Origin: Thermostichus sp. DRC_bins_24
Lineage (GTDB): Bacteria; Cyanobacteriota; Cyanobacteriia; Thermostichales; Thermostichaceae
Direction of reading: 5' to 3'
Assembly (NCBI GenBank): GCA_039794845.1
Contig: JAUQVK010000086.1
Location: 12,589-76,588, forward strand
Length of the DNA stretch: 64,000 nucleotides
The translations under genes were made by a program, and so were the position numbers. Shown one piece after another: positions 19,590 to 30,486 of the stretch. Below the pieces are notes generated by a model. That model had not been told where the DNA came from and did not search any database. It worked only from the letters and a program-made list of their open reading frames with translations. Every line of letters starts with the position of its first letter. Within the stretch, counting starts at the first letter, position 1.

Positions 19590-21320
19590 CTAGACCGCGA
19601 CCTCAAAGGGATCCAATGATTGTTCAGCTTGCGATGATAGTTTCGGGATCACCTCCAGCTTAAATTGCTGCTCAAACACCTCCTTTTTGGCCTTCAGGCT
19701 CCAGAGTTCTAGGGCGCAGTCATCGTTGGGATGTTTGGGATCCAAAATCAGCTCCATTTGCCGGGGTTCTTCTCCCAACAACTGAAAACGACAGTGCAAG
19801 GCTTGAATGGCTTGTAGGCGGCGGCGATCCAAAGCACAGGCCATCCGCAACAACGGGCTCAATTCCATGACAATTTGGCGATCCCGTTCATCTGTGAGGC
19901 GCTGAAAATTCTCATGTTTTTTCTTGGGTGGAGACTTGCGGTGATAGCGGGCTAAATTGGCGATCAGCTCCACCTCTTCCTCGTTGAAACCCAACAGTTC
20001 CCCATGCCGGATCAGGTAGTAAGAGTGTTTGTGGTGGGCAGCATGGCTGATGAAGTGACCACAGTTGTGCAGCATGGCCGCAGCCCAAAGGAGGGCCCGT
20101 TCTCGGGATCCCCAGCGATGCAACAGACCGCGGGTTTGATCGAACAAGCTGAGGGAAAATTCCGCCACCCGTTCGGCATAGGGAATCTCGACCTGATATT
20201 TCTCTGCCAACTTGAGAATGCTGCGTCGCCGTACCGAGCTGTGGTAGCGCAGGCGGTCCTCGATTAATCCCTGGCTGATCATCCAATCCACGATCAGCCC
20301 TTCCCGCAGGGCCCGCTCACAAAACCGAATCTGCCCTATTCCCAGCAGGCTCATTACTTCTTCCAGGATCATCGTCCCTGCCAGGATGATCTCGCCGCGT
20401 TTTTCCCCAAGGCCAGGGAGTTTTTGCCGTTCGGCAATGGTGAGGGTGCGAAACTCTTTGCTGTAGCTGTGCAAGGCTTCTAAGCTGAATTCGTACCCCT
20501 GCATCCGACTGGGAGGGTTACCCAAACGACGACGAGCATCCAATTGGGCCAGCGTTTCGATGGTGCCGGAGGTGCCCACCAAGGTCAGGGATCCCTGGGG
20601 CTCAGCGATGCGTTTGATTTGCTCGATGGGTGCTTCCAACATGCCGCGAATGTGTTGCCTGAGGGCTTGCAATTCGGCGGGAGTAGGGGGATCGTTGTGC
20701 AAAAAGGCTTGGGTCAGACGGACGGCACCCACCTTGACACTGCGCAGAAACTCCGGTTCTTGGCCATCTCCTAAAATCAACTCTGTGGAGCCGCCGCCAA
20801 TATCCACCACCACATGCAAACGGTTGTGGAACTCCATTGCCGAGAGCACCCCGAGGTAAATGCGGCGCGCCTCCTCTTGCCCCGAGATCAGCTCCACCCT
20901 TAAGCCCAGATCCCGTTCGATCCGCTTCAAAAACTCCAAGCCATTGGGGGCTTCCCGCACCGCACTGGTGGCCACCGCCACAATCGATTGCACCTGAAAC
21001 CCTCGGGCAATGCGACAAAACCGATCCAAAGCTTCTTGGGCCCGATCCATGGCGGCTGCGGTGAGGGCACCCGTTTTGTTGCAGTATTCCCCGAGCCGGA
21101 CGGTGGCTTTTTCGCGGGAAATGATGCTGAAGCTGGGGATACGGGGATTGATACGCACCACCACCATGTGTAGGGAGTTGGTCCCCACATCGATGGCAGC
21201 CATAACGGGAGAACCTAGGGGCTGAGACTCAGAACTTAAGGCTGGACTGGGCTCAGGAGCGAGATCCAAAGGAGTCGAGGTGGTGGAGCGTTCGATGGGA
21301 TTGGCACGCGAAGAGATCAT
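19590..21320 (-). CDS. ppx: Exopolyphosphatase / pppGpp phosphatase (Ppx/GppA) with HD-like C-terminal domain
   Basis: AAIDVGTNS, ATSAVREA, VDIGGGSTE, ALREG. Confidence 0.92.
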   Translation of the reverse strand: MISSRANPIERSTTSTPLDLAPEPSPALSSESQPLGSPVMAAIDVGTNSLHMVVVRINPRIPSFSIISREKATVRLGEYCNKTGALTAAAMDRAQEALDRFCRIARGFQVQSIVAVATSAVREAPNGLEFLKRIERDLGLRVELISGQEEARRIYLGVLSAMEFHNRLHVVVDIGGGSTELILGDGQEPEFLRSVKVGAVRLTQAFLHNDPPTPAELQALRQHIRGMLEAPIEQIKRIAEPQGSLTLVGTSGTIETLAQLDARRRLGNPPSRMQGYEFSLEALHSYSKEFRTLTIAERQKLPGLGEKRGEIILAGTMILEEVMSLLGIGQIRFCERALREGLIVDWMISQGLIEDRLRYHSSVRRRSILKLAEKYQVEIPYAERVAEFSLSLFDQTRGLLHRWGSRERALLWAAAMLHNCGHFISHAAHHKHSYYLIRHGELLGFNEEEVELIANLARYHRKSPPKKKHENFQRLTDERDRQIVMELSPLLRMACALDRRRLQAIQALHCRFQLLGEEPRQMELILDPKHPNDDCALELWSLKAKKEVFEQQFKLEVIPKLSSQAEQSLDPFEVAV

Positions 21321-21718
21321 GACCCAAGCACGTAGAGAGTTCCAACCCCTTTAGGATACTGCGCGTTTCCCCCTATTTTTCTGAGCCGAGTTGTGGGATC
21401 CAATTTGGGCATAAAGGCCAACAAACGGTTAAAAGCCGAACGGGCTGGGATCCCGATTATCTCTGCGGTCAGCCTTTGCGCAGATTCAGAACAACTTGCC
21501 AAATTTATCTGCAATTCTATGTCTTGAGGTCACCGTTTGTTTCGTTCTGTCTCAACCTGGGTCGCTGCTCCGAAGGGGCTGGGTGACCTGCAAAAAAACT
21601 CAGGGATTCTTGAGAGGGTGATTTGCAGATGGCCCCTGGCATGGGATCCCTGCTGCTCTTGCCCACATGGGCAGCCTAAGATAGGGACACTGACTTTTTG
21701 TTATTGAAGCAGATCCCG

Positions 21719-23551
21719 ATGTCTCAGTCACCCGAAGTCGCCCAAAACGGTCAAGCCAACAGCAACCTCAAGCTGCTGCGCACCCACGAATCTCCCAAGC
21801 TAGAGCGGATTCGTCATACCACCTCTCATGTGATGGCGATGGCGGTGCAAAAGCTGTTTCCCAAAGCCCAGGTGACGATTGGCCCAGCGACTGACTATGG
21901 CTTCTACTACGACTTCGACCATCCGGAGCCCTTTACCCCTGAAGATCTCAACCGCATTAAAAAAGAAATGCAGGCGATCATCAAAAAGGGTTTGCCTGTG
22001 ATCCGCGAAGAGATCAGCCGTGAGGAGGCCAGGCGGCGCATCCAAGCCCTAGGGGAACCCTACAAGTTGGAGATCCTAGACAGCATTCCCGAAGGGGAAA
22101 CCATCAGCCTTTATCACCTTGGGGAGGAATGGTGGGATCTCTGTGCCGGCCCCCATGTGGAGAACACCCGAGACCTGAATCCCAAAGCCTTTGATCTGCT
22201 GAGTGTGGCCGGGGCCTACTGGCGCGGCGATGAAACCAAGGCCCAGCTACAGCGAATCTACGGCACCGCCTGGGAGACCCCGGAAGAACTCAAGGAATAC
22301 AAACGCCGCCTAGAGGAAGCCAAACTGCGGGATCACCGCAAGCTGGGTAAAGAGTTGGGCCTGTTTTTGTTTGCCGATGAGGTGGGGCCGGGGCTACCCC
22401 TCTGGACCCCTAAAGGCACGATCCTGCGCTCGACTCTGGAAGACTTTCTCAAGCAAGAGCAGATCAAGCGGGGCTATTTGCCCGTGGTTACCCCCCATAT
22501 TGCCCGGGTGGATTTGTTCAAAATCTCCGGTCACTGGCAGAAATATCGAGAGGATATGTTCCCGATGATGGCGGAGGATGACAAGGCGCGGGCAGCCGAA
22601 CAAGGCTTTGTCATGAAACCCATGAATTGTCCTTTCCACATTCAAATCTACAAATCCGAACTGAGATCCTATCGGGATTTACCCCTGCGCTATGCCGAGT
22701 TTGGCACCGTCTATCGCTATGAACAATCGGGAGAACTGGGGGGCCTGACACGGGTGCGGGGCTTTACGGTGGATGACTCCCATTTGTTTGTCCGCCCCGA
22801 CCAACTGGATGAGGAATTTCTCAAGGTGGTGGATTTAATCTTGGTGGTGTTTGAGCGGCTGCAACTGAAGGATTTTCGCGCCCGCCTCAGCTTCCGGGAT
22901 CCCAAGTCGGACAAATACCTGGGTTCTGCCGAAGACTGGGAAAAGGCGGAAAATGCCATTCGTCGTGCCGTTGAGCAGCTTTCCATGCCCCATTTTGAGG
23001 GAATTGGGGAAGCGGCGTTTTATGGGCCGAAGCTGGACTTTATCTTCCGGGATGCTTTGGATCGGGAGTGGCAACTGGGCACGGTTCAGGTGGACTACCA
23101 AAACCCTCAGCGCTTTGATCTGCAATATGTGGCGGAGGATGGATCCCGGCAGCGGCCGGTAATGATTCACCGTGCCCCCTTCGGTTCCTTGGAGCGGCTG
23201 GTGGGGATTCTGATCGAGGAATATGCGGGGGATTTCCCCTTCTGGCTGGCCCCAGAACAGGTGCGCATTTTGCCGGTTGCCGATCAGTATCTGGGCTATG
23301 CCACCCAGGTGCGGGATTATCTGCGGGAACAGGGGATCCGTGTCCACATCGATGCCGATAGCGATCGTCTCCCCAAAAAGATCCGCAATGCCGAGAAGGC
23401 CAAGATCCCCTTCATGTTGATCGTGGGGGAACAGGAACAAGCGGCGGGAACCGTAAGTGTGCGGCAACGCCATGGTGGCGAAGGGGGATCCCCAACCTTG
23501 GCAGAATTGGCGGCTCAATTGCGTAGGCTCAACTCCGGGATGACGGCCTAA
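21719..23551 (+). CDS. thrS: Threonine-tRNA ligase (short cyanobacterial form without TGS domain)
   Basis: [43 protein letters not shown]. Confidence 0.97.
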   Translation: MSQSPEVAQNGQANSNLKLLRTHESPKLERIRHTTSHVMAMAVQKLFPKAQVTIGPATDYGFYYDFDHPEPFTPEDLNRIKKEMQAIIKKGLPVIREEISREEARRRIQALGEPYKLEILDSIPEGETISLYHLGEEWWDLCAGPHVENTRDLNPKAFDLLSVAGAYWRGDETKAQLQRIYGTAWETPEELKEYKRRLEEAKLRDHRKLGKELGLFLFADEVGPGLPLWTPKGTILRSTLEDFLKQEQIKRGYLPVVTPHIARVDLFKISGHWQKYREDMFPMMAEDDKARAAEQGFVMKPMNCPFHIQIYKSELRSYRDLPLRYAEFGTVYRYEQSGELGGLTRVRGFTVDDSHLFVRPDQLDEEFLKVVDLILVVFERLQLKDFRARLSFRDPKSDKYLGSAEDWEKAENAIRRAVEQLSMPHFEGIGEAAFYGPKLDFIFRDALDREWQLGTVQVDYQNPQRFDLQYVAEDGSRQRPVMIHRAPFGSLERLVGILIEEYAGDFPFWLAPEQVRILPVADQYLGYATQVRDYLREQGIRVHIDADSDRLPKKIRNAEKAKIPFMLIVGEQEQAAGTVSVRQRHGGEGGSPTLAELAAQLRRLNSGMTA

Positions 23552-23592
23552 ACACCCGAAAAATCCTTAGCCCTTTTCCCCATGGATACCTC

Positions 23593-25209
23593 ATGAATAC
23601 CTCCGATAGCCCTCCTGCAGAGGGATCTCGCTCCAACCCAATCGCCCTTCAGCTAAAAGGGATCACCAAACGCTACCCGCTGGTGTTGGCCAATGATCAC
23701 ATCGACCTAGATGTGCGCTGGGGGGAAATTCTCGCCCTCATGGGGGAAAACGGGGCGGGCAAATCCACCCTGATGAAGATCGTCTATGGCTTGGTCAGCC
23801 CCGATGAGGGAGCCATCTATATGGACGGGCAACGGGTGCATATCCACAGCCCCACCGACGCCATTCGCTTGGGAATCGGCATGGTGCATCAGCATTTTAT
23901 GTTGGTGGATCCCTTGACGGTGTTGGAAAACGTTATCCTCGGGGCCGAACCGGGCAACCGGTTTCAGGTGGATTTTCGTCAGGCGCGGGCGCAGGTGGCG
24001 CAGGTGATTGCCGAGATGGGCTTTGATCTGGATCCAGATGCGCGTATTGAAGATTTGCCGGTGGGTTTGCAGCAGCGGGTGGAGATCCTCAAAACCATCT
24101 ACCGCAAGGCCCGCATTTTGATCTTGGATGAGCCCACTGCTGTTTTAACCCCCCAAGAGGCCACCGAACTGTTCGCCTTTTTGCGCCGCTTCACGCAGCA
24201 GGGGGGGGCTGTGATTTTCATCAGCCACAAACTGAACGAGGTGATGCAAATTTCCGACCGCATTACGGTGATTCGGGATGGCAAAGTGGTGGCGACGGTG
24301 CCCACTGCCGAAACCCATACCCAGGAGCTGGCCCGCCTCATGGTGGGTCGAGAAGTGAATCTGACGGTAGAGAAGGATGTTGACTGGGCGGGTGCCGGCC
24401 AGTCTGGTGCTCCGGCGACGGTGTTGTTGGATGTGCAGGATGTGTGGGTGGAGATACCGGGGCGGAAACCGGCGGTGGCGGGGGTAAGCTTTCAGGTGCG
24501 TGCCGGCGAGATCGTCGGTATTGCCGGAGTGGAGGGGAATGGACAAACGGAGTTGGTAGAGGCGATTACCGGCCTGAGGAGCTACCGGGGCCAAATTCGC
24601 TACGGGTCAAGTGCCCTCTCTCCGTCTGCCCGGCAGGTGCGCCACTGGGGCTTGAGCCATATCCCGGAGGATCGCAATGTGCGGGGGTTGGTGCTGGATT
24701 TCTCGACGCGAGACAACCTGATTCTAGGGGATCACCATCAAAAACCCTATACCGGGTGGCTGGGCTTTTTCAACGAGGATTCCATTACCCAACACGCCGA
24801 GAAAGTGGTGGATACCTTTGATGTGCGACCGCGCAGCATTTCCCTGACCGCACGACGCTACTCCGGGGGCAATGCCCAAAAAATCATTGTTGGGCGGGAG
24901 CTCTCCTGTGGCCCCAGGGTATTGGTGGCGGCCCAGCCGACGCGGGGGGTGGATGTGGGGGCGATCGAGGCCATTCATCGGCGTATAGTACAAGCCCGGG
25001 CTCAGGGTATGGCGGTGCTGCTGGTATCGGCTGACTTGAACGAAGTGATCAGCTTGTCGGATCGGATCCTGGTCCTCCACGAAGGCCGCATTGCCGGAGA
25101 GCTTTCCCCTGCAGAAGCGACAGAAGAACGGCTGGGCTTGCTGATGGGCGGCATCCACGACTCCTCAGAGCGCCCGGAGTTCCAGCAACCCGGCAGCATG
25201 TTCCAGTAA
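23593..25209 (+). CDS. Tandem-domain ABC ATPase, sugar/nucleoside (CUT2) type; no adjacent permease
   Basis: [32 protein letters not shown]. Confidence 0.9.
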   Translation: MNTSDSPPAEGSRSNPIALQLKGITKRYPLVLANDHIDLDVRWGEILALMGENGAGKSTLMKIVYGLVSPDEGAIYMDGQRVHIHSPTDAIRLGIGMVHQHFMLVDPLTVLENVILGAEPGNRFQVDFRQARAQVAQVIAEMGFDLDPDARIEDLPVGLQQRVEILKTIYRKARILILDEPTAVLTPQEATELFAFLRRFTQQGGAVIFISHKLNEVMQISDRITVIRDGKVVATVPTAETHTQELARLMVGREVNLTVEKDVDWAGAGQSGAPATVLLDVQDVWVEIPGRKPAVAGVSFQVRAGEIVGIAGVEGNGQTELVEAITGLRSYRGQIRYGSSALSPSARQVRHWGLSHIPEDRNVRGLVLDFSTRDNLILGDHHQKPYTGWLGFFNEDSITQHAEKVVDTFDVRPRSISLTARRYSGGNAQKIIVGRELSCGPRVLVAAQPTRGVDVGAIEAIHRRIVQARAQGMAVLLVSADLNEVISLSDRILVLHEGRIAGELSPAEATEERLGLLMGGIHDSSERPEFQQPGSMFQ

Positions 25210-25231
25210 AACATCCAGTAAAACATAAAGA

Positions 25232-25249
25232 GGGGGGACGGATCCCCCC
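25232..25249. terminator. Hairpin between the convergent ABC ATPase and psaC genes
   Basis: GGGGGG-acggat-CCCCCC with a T-rich tail on the minus strand. Confidence 0.4.
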
Positions 25250-25285
25250 GGTCAGGATGGGTAAGGTTATAGCCAACAGCCAAGC

Positions 25286-25534
25286 TCAGTAGGCCAAGCC
25301 CATGCTGCGGGTGGTTTCGGGGCCAAGGTAGACCCGGATGCTCAAGAAATCAGTGGGACAAGCGGTTTCACAGCGTTTGCAGCCGACACAATCTTCTGTG
25401 CGAGGGGAGGCCGCGATCATCCCGGCCTTGTTGTTACCCTTCCAGGGCACCATCTCCAACACATCGGTGGGGCAAGCCCGTACACATTGAGTGCAGCCGA
25501 TGCAGGTGTCGTAGATCTTGACCGAGTGAGCCAT
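25286..25534 (-). CDS. psaC: Photosystem I iron-sulfur center (FA/FB)
   Basis: [22 protein letters not shown]...[12 protein letters not shown]...RSMGLAY. Confidence 0.98.
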   Translation of the reverse strand: MAHSVKIYDTCIGCTQCVRACPTDVLEMVPWKGNNKAGMIAASPRTEDCVGCKRCETACPTDFLSIRVYLGPETTRSMGLAY

Positions 25535-25768
25535 TAGCGTTCTCCAGTCGAGCAGGTTGAAAAAGGGTTTACCGAATTGGCGTGGCAGCAACACCACTGC
25601 GCAAGTGCCCTCAGTGTACTGTAGTCCCGCAAAGCCTCCAAAATCCCAAATCCAAATGTTCAAACAAATTTACATCCCCTGGGAGCTGCTTGTGGCAACG
25701 CGGGCAGAGCCTAGATCCTCCGGTTCCGGCCTGGGCTAGGATAAGGCTGAAGCTGGCAAGGGATCCCT

Positions 25769-26146
25769 ATGGAGCGCTCAACGCGGAACCTTAGAACGCG
25801 AACCCAGGGCAACCTCCGTCGCCTGTGGCCGATCCTGGCAGAGATCTTCGAGGAGAGCAAACCTCGCCTGTGGGAGCTGGATCATCGCCTGACGGGTTGG
25901 GTGCGCAGCAGGCGCTGGGGAATGGATCCGACCGTGCCCAAGGTGTTGATCTATGTGCTGGTGGCCGTTGTGGTTTTGGTGATCCCGATCCTCACCTTGG
26001 CGGCTTTGGTTGCCCTTCTAGCTTTTCTCGCCATTCAAATCGGCAAGAAATGGCCCCAGGCGGATCCCGCCCGTCAAACGGAGCGCCGCTACTTACGCAG
26101 TGCTGCCGACGATCAGGCGTACGATTACGATTCCGACCTAGATTAA
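25769..26146 (+). CDS. Hypothetical membrane protein
   Basis: Long hydrophobic hairpin; fills the intergenic gap. Confidence 0.6.
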   Translation: MERSTRNLRTRTQGNLRRLWPILAEIFEESKPRLWELDHRLTGWVRSRRWGMDPTVPKVLIYVLVAVVVLVIPILTLAALVALLAFLAIQIGKKWPQADPARQTERRYLRSAADDQAYDYDSDLD

Positions 26147-26172
26147 GGCTCTCTGCTGGAGTGCAAAGAGGT

Positions 26173-27219
26173 TCACCGGAGAGGTTTAGCCACATCCCCC
26201 ACGGTGAATCCTGCCCCACTGAGAATGCGCCCCACACTGGAGCCATCATCCACTTCCGTGAGTTGGATCTGTCCGGCCGGCTCGGTCAATTTGCGCAAAA
26301 CGGCCCCTGTCGCCGGATCTGTAACCTCTCGCACCACGCGCTCCACCGAAAGAATCAACCCCACCTGATAACCATCGCGGCTGCCCTTGTTCAAAATCAC
26401 CTGATTGCCGTAGACATCCGCCACCAGGGCATCCACCGTGGGTAAAGAACGGGGCTGAGCGGCCAAACGACCCGCAGAACCCGCCAACTGCCCGGCAATT
26501 TGCTCCACAGCCTGTTGGGTGGCCAAAACCAGCAGTTTTTCTTCATTGCTGGTGGCAGAGCCGCCCCCAAAGCCAGCTACGGTAACGGTGCTATCCGACT
26601 GGCTAACGTTGCCCTTGCCCTCGGCTACCATCAAAATTTCGGCGGTACTGGTGCTCACCATCCGCACATTCAGCTGCACATTGGCATCGGCATCCACCGA
26701 CTCCGCCCCAACCGCTATGGGAAAACTTCCAAACGGGGTCAGGATCGGCGCTCCGCCCCCTGAACGACGCACCGACACATCGAACTGCGTCACACTGCCG
26801 ATGATCACGGCATCTACTCCCAAGATCCGCCCCACCTGAGCGGCTGTGCCGGCATCCAGCCGACCTGACAGTCCCAGGTTTTGCTCCGCCAAGATCGCCT
26901 CTAGTCGCGAGCGTTCGATCACCGAAAAGGTGCCATCCTTAACCAGCCGATCCACCAACACATCGCTGACTCCCCGTGAAGCATTGGGAACGCTGTAGGG
27001 ATTGCTAAGGCTGCTGAAGTCAAAATCCAAGACCGCAATGCGAGGACGGGAGGTGGGCTGCGGCGCTTGTCCACTTTGACTAGGGGCCGAGAGATTACAG
27101 CGGATATCCTGCGGAAATTGCTGGCAGAGGGCCGGATTGGCCGATTGCGCCCTTACAGGGATCCCCGCCAAACCCAGCAAAGGGATCCCTAACAATAAAG
27201 CGGCAGAAAGGGTGCGCAT
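26173..27219 (-). CDS. CsgG/HfaB-family exported protein with FlgT-like C-terminus
   Basis: RIAVLDFD, FSVIERSRLEAILAEQ, ILGVDAVIIGSVTQF, VILNKGSRDG. Confidence 0.85.
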   Translation of the reverse strand: MRTLSAALLLGIPLLGLAGIPVRAQSANPALCQQFPQDIRCNLSAPSQSGQAPQPTSRPRIAVLDFDFSSLSNPYSVPNASRGVSDVLVDRLVKDGTFSVIERSRLEAILAEQNLGLSGRLDAGTAAQVGRILGVDAVIIGSVTQFDVSVRRSGGGAPILTPFGSFPIAVGAESVDADANVQLNVRMVSTSTAEILMVAEGKGNVSQSDSTVTVAGFGGGSATSNEEKLLVLATQQAVEQIAGQLAGSAGRLAAQPRSLPTVDALVADVYGNQVILNKGSRDGYQVGLILSVERVVREVTDPATGAVLRKLTEPAGQIQLTEVDDGSSVGRILSGAGFTVGDVAKPLR

Positions 27220-27476
27220 GGTTGAACGATCTCCTAGTGCGGGGGGATGACTTCTCACAGCCTGTACCCAAAATAACCTCAGGGCAGTGACGAATATCAC
27301 TTGGATGCGAGTAGGCTCAACAGTTGGTACCGGTTGTTCTCAGACGGTGTTCTGTCCTCTACCGACCACAAGAAAGACTATTGGAAAAGAGGCCCAAGAG
27401 GTTTGGCTACAGGAGTTGTTATCCCTCAACCGTTCCGAGGGGCGGATGGCAGCTATTGTTCCTCCATGCTCAACGT

Positions 27477-27507
27477 AAAAAGGGGCTGCCCAAAAGCTGG
27501 GCAACCC
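27477..27507 (-). terminator. Intrinsic terminator after the ester-cyclase gene
   Basis: Minus strand GGGTTGCCC-agctttt-GGGCAGCCC-CTTTTT. Confidence 0.7.
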
Positions 27508-27542
27508 ATCAAAAGCTAGTTCTCTAGGGTTAGAAATACGGT

Positions 27543-28199
27543 TTAGTGGCTAACGGGGCACTTGCCGCTGGTCAGCTTCATCAACATATTGTTGGTATCA
27601 AAAAAGTGTTCTACGGATTCGATCTTTAGATCATCGGTCACCTTAGCAATGCTGAGACCAACCACTTCAATCGTTTCTCCGGTAGGCTGATGACCTTTGT
27701 ACTCTCCCTTAAAGGTGCCCCAGTGTCTCCACTTAAAAACAACATTGGGAGGGCCAGCGACCACTTCGATCAGCTCCCAGTGGAAGCCATCGGGGAAAGC
27801 TGTATGGAAAAGATTGTAGGAAGATTCAAAGGTTTCTTCAGAAGCACGATAGTGCTCGGAGTCTTCCAAGAAGAGGTTGTAAGTGCCACGCTCGACAATA
27901 TCTTCAGCGGTATATTCTTTCCCGCCATTGGTGCTCATGCGAAACTTATCGGCAACGATAGAAAGCCACTGCTGTGTATTGGTTTTGAACGAGGCTTCCA
28001 TTTCAAACGCCCGCACCAAGTTATGGGCAATGGCATTCAAAGAGCCTTCTGCATGGTTACATTTCCGCTCTTGTTCTAGAAAAGCATTGGTTCGGGAATA
28101 GTCTGGCCGCTGGCCATCACGCCATTCTACTCCCTCATCGTGCTTCAACACCTCCTCACGATCCTGCACCCAGAGCGGTAACTCTTGAGTTGTTGTCAT
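27543..28199 (-). CDS. SnoaL/NTF2-like ester cyclase ('pathogenesis-related' family)
   Basis: WRDG..PDYS, FEMEASFK, FHTAFPDGFHWELIEVVAGPP.V.FKWRHWG. Confidence 0.8.
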   Translation of the reverse strand: MTTTQELPLWVQDREEVLKHDEGVEWRDGQRPDYSRTNAFLEQERKCNHAEGSLNAIAHNLVRAFEMEASFKTNTQQWLSIVADKFRMSTNGGKEYTAEDIVERGTYNLFLEDSEHYRASEETFESSYNLFHTAFPDGFHWELIEVVAGPPNVVFKWRHWGTFKGEYKGHQPTGETIEVVGLSIAKVTDDLKIESVEHFFDTNNMLMKLTSGKCPVSH

Positions 28200-28663
28200 A
28201 GCTGCTAGCCCCCTGTAGTTGCGTTAGAACAACAAAAAACAGGCCCCTGCCTGCAGCTGAAGTTTAGCACCGCACGTTCCTCAAAAATCAGTGTCGCAGA
28301 CTACAGGTTTTTGCGGATCTCCGCTTCAATGCCGCTGAAAAGCGGTTTCTACTTTGATGCCAGGCTGGTTAACAGAAAGTAGTCAAGATTTATTAAGTAT
28401 TCTTCCAGAGGCCTGCTGGCCAAGGGGTTTTGCAGGCTCGAGTCATTTGGCGATTCAGACAGGCTAGTGTGGCTGAGGATTGGATATCATTGTGCAGAGC
28501 TGTCTGTGTAATTCCTCGTGCAGACTGCTTCTTGTGCTGTATATTTTTGAATTGGGTTCCGTGCTGTTCTTCCCATGCGAGCAGATTCTATCCGTAGAGT
28601 TTCTCAAGGTTGGGAGCGATGAGGTGAGATAATTGCTTTTTCAGACAGGCAGCATCCGTAGGT

Positions 28664-29617
28664 TTACTGAGAAAATTCGTAGGCGGTTTCGGTGATTTGC
28701 CCCCGCCAGTAGGGGTGTGCTCCATCCGGCAAGATCCAGGCCACTTCTCCTGAGGTGGGTACCAACAGGCCCTGCCGCCGTTCGTAGTTTGACCAATGGC
28801 CTTCCCAAGGGGTGGGGATGATCTCTCCGTTCACGGTGCGCCCACGGGCTTCTGCCCGTACCGATTGGATCAGTCCGGCTTCGTTGAAGCGAAAAAGCAG
28901 TTTACAGCCTTTGCGCGGGTTTTCCATAGCAGGACTTGCGCTTCCTGTGTCGGCTGCAAGGGGAAGTTCTTGGCTTCTACGGTTGTAGGTGCCTAGCGGA
29001 AGGGCTGTAAGGCTCAAAGGGCCATCTTGGTAGGTCGCCCAAGCAGAAGCGTTATCCACAGGATCCCAGCGTACCCCTTGGCTGGGCAGCAAGGCCGTCG
29101 GATACCAGGGCGTTTCGGCAAACCAGCGCATCAGCTCCCCGGTGGCTGTTTGGTCTCGGTCGCGCAGATTCACCAAAGGGATCAGGCCAAACAGGGTGGC
29201 GTGCAGGATCCCTTCTCCCTGAATGTAGGCATCATGAACCCGTGCCATCATTCCCGGCGCCATGGTCACTTGGGCATTCCACAGGAACCCAGGCGAGCGG
29301 GTGGTTACCCATTGCTCAGAGGTGAAAGGTCGCCATTGTTCGCCACTTGCGCTCAGGTTGAAAGTCCCCTTGTGCTTGAGGCGCACCGATTGTACGAGTG
29401 GTTGACCTGCCGATAGGACGGTGCGGAAATACCGTTGTACCGGAGCGGGGAGCCCCTCTAGTTCACTTGGGTCATAGTGGGTGGGGGATGGCTCCTGGCT
29501 GTTGAGGCCAGCAAGGAGGGCTTGGGTATGGGCCTGCCAACGGGATCCCCCATACAAAATCCCCAGGAGGATCAACACAACAACCCCAAGCAAGATGAGG
29601 CCGAGGATCTTGACCAT
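28664..29617 (-). CDS. Membrane-anchored DUF6544/DUF6920-like protein carrying an in-frame 35-aa MITE insert
   Basis: LPAPVQRYF, GELMRWFAETPWYPTALLP, TPWEG; insert TALPLG...PRKGC. Confidence 0.8.
   Translation of the reverse strand: MVKILGLILLGVVVLILLGILYGGSRWQAHTQALLAGLNSQEPSPTHYDPSELEGLPAPVQRYFRTVLSAGQPLVQSVRLKHKGTFNLSASGEQWRPFTSEQWVTTRSPGFLWNAQVTMAPGMMARVHDAYIQGEGILHATLFGLIPLVNLRDRDQTATGELMRWFAETPWYPTALLPSQGVRWDPVDNASAWATYQDGPLSLTALPLGTYNRRSQELPLAADTGSASPAMENPRKGCKLLFRFNEAGLIQSVRAEARGRTVNGEIIPTPWEGHWSNYERRQGLLVPTSGEVAWILPDGAHPYWRGQITETAYEFSQ
28903..29009 (+). mobile_element. MITE family A, copy 3, intragenic, with TA target duplication
   Basis: TA-CAGCCTTTGCGCGGG...GAAGGGCTG-TA; net insertion 105 bp. 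Confidence 0.9.
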
Positions 29618-30288
29618 GGCTGAACTCCTGAATAAGAAGGTGATGGGCTAGAGAGAGGAGATGGCCTTGAAGAGGCAATGACCTCCTCTAAGCGGCGGCG
29701 GGGAGTGTCGGCAACCCTTTCTAGTGGATAGCCAAGGCGCAAGAGAATTTGCGGGGATCCAGAACCCTCCACAAGTTTTTGCACCTCTGGACGCAATGCC
29801 TGCACCTGTAGCGGCTGATTGAGATAGGAAGCCTGTAACCCCATTTGGCAAGCCGTGAGCAAAACCCGAAGGGTTTGCAGGAGAGTCGGTTCGACAGGAC
29901 GATCTGCAAACGGTTTGCGATAGGTGTGCCGCAGCGGAATGAACTCCACCAAGCCTGCGTCAGAAGCCGCCAGCGCCCCCCCTGGAATTAGGGTCAGCCG
30001 GGCCAGCCAATCGGGATCGGCAGGATCGGGCAAGAGTTCCACCTGTGTTCCAAACTGTTGACTGGCGGCGGCAATGCGTAGGTTCATCAGGGCACAGCCA
30101 CAGCTAAGGGTCAGTTCTCGATCTTCGGGATCACTGACGGGCAAGGTGCGCGTGCGATCGGCGAACAGGTCAATTTGATTGGCAGCGACGCGAAACCACC
30201 AGGGCTGGGTGTTGTGGCTAGAAGGAGCCAGGATCGCTTGTGCAACCAACCGCTCCGCCAGTTTTTGATGTTCATCCACAATGAGCAT
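29572..30288 (-). pseudogene. Acg-family (FMN-binding) nitroreductase with internal in-frame deletion and run-on C-terminus
   Basis: APSSHNTQPW, DPEDRELTLSCGCAL and RHTYR are joined almost directly to RVLLTA..GL.ASYLNQP...PQILLRLGY...TPRR. Confidence 0.65.
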
Positions 30289-30486
30289 AATTCCTCCAGA
30301 GTGTGGAAAAGAGAGTTGACACAAAAGCAAGTCTTTGATCTATCCAAATTGGATGCAGTGGGATCGCGAGGAAAGAGATCTGAAAATCTGAATCCAACCG
30401 ACAAAAACTCATCCTCAAACCTTAAAAAGAGAGGGTCAACAGGGATCCCTTTCTCCAGGATTCGCGCAAAAGGATTTCTAGGATCA

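Noticed and set aside
21515..21718. T-box or structured leader for thrS (AGGTCACC/GGTGACCT inverted pair)
   Set aside because: No T-box consensus or specifier loop; one 8-bp pair is not enough evidence.
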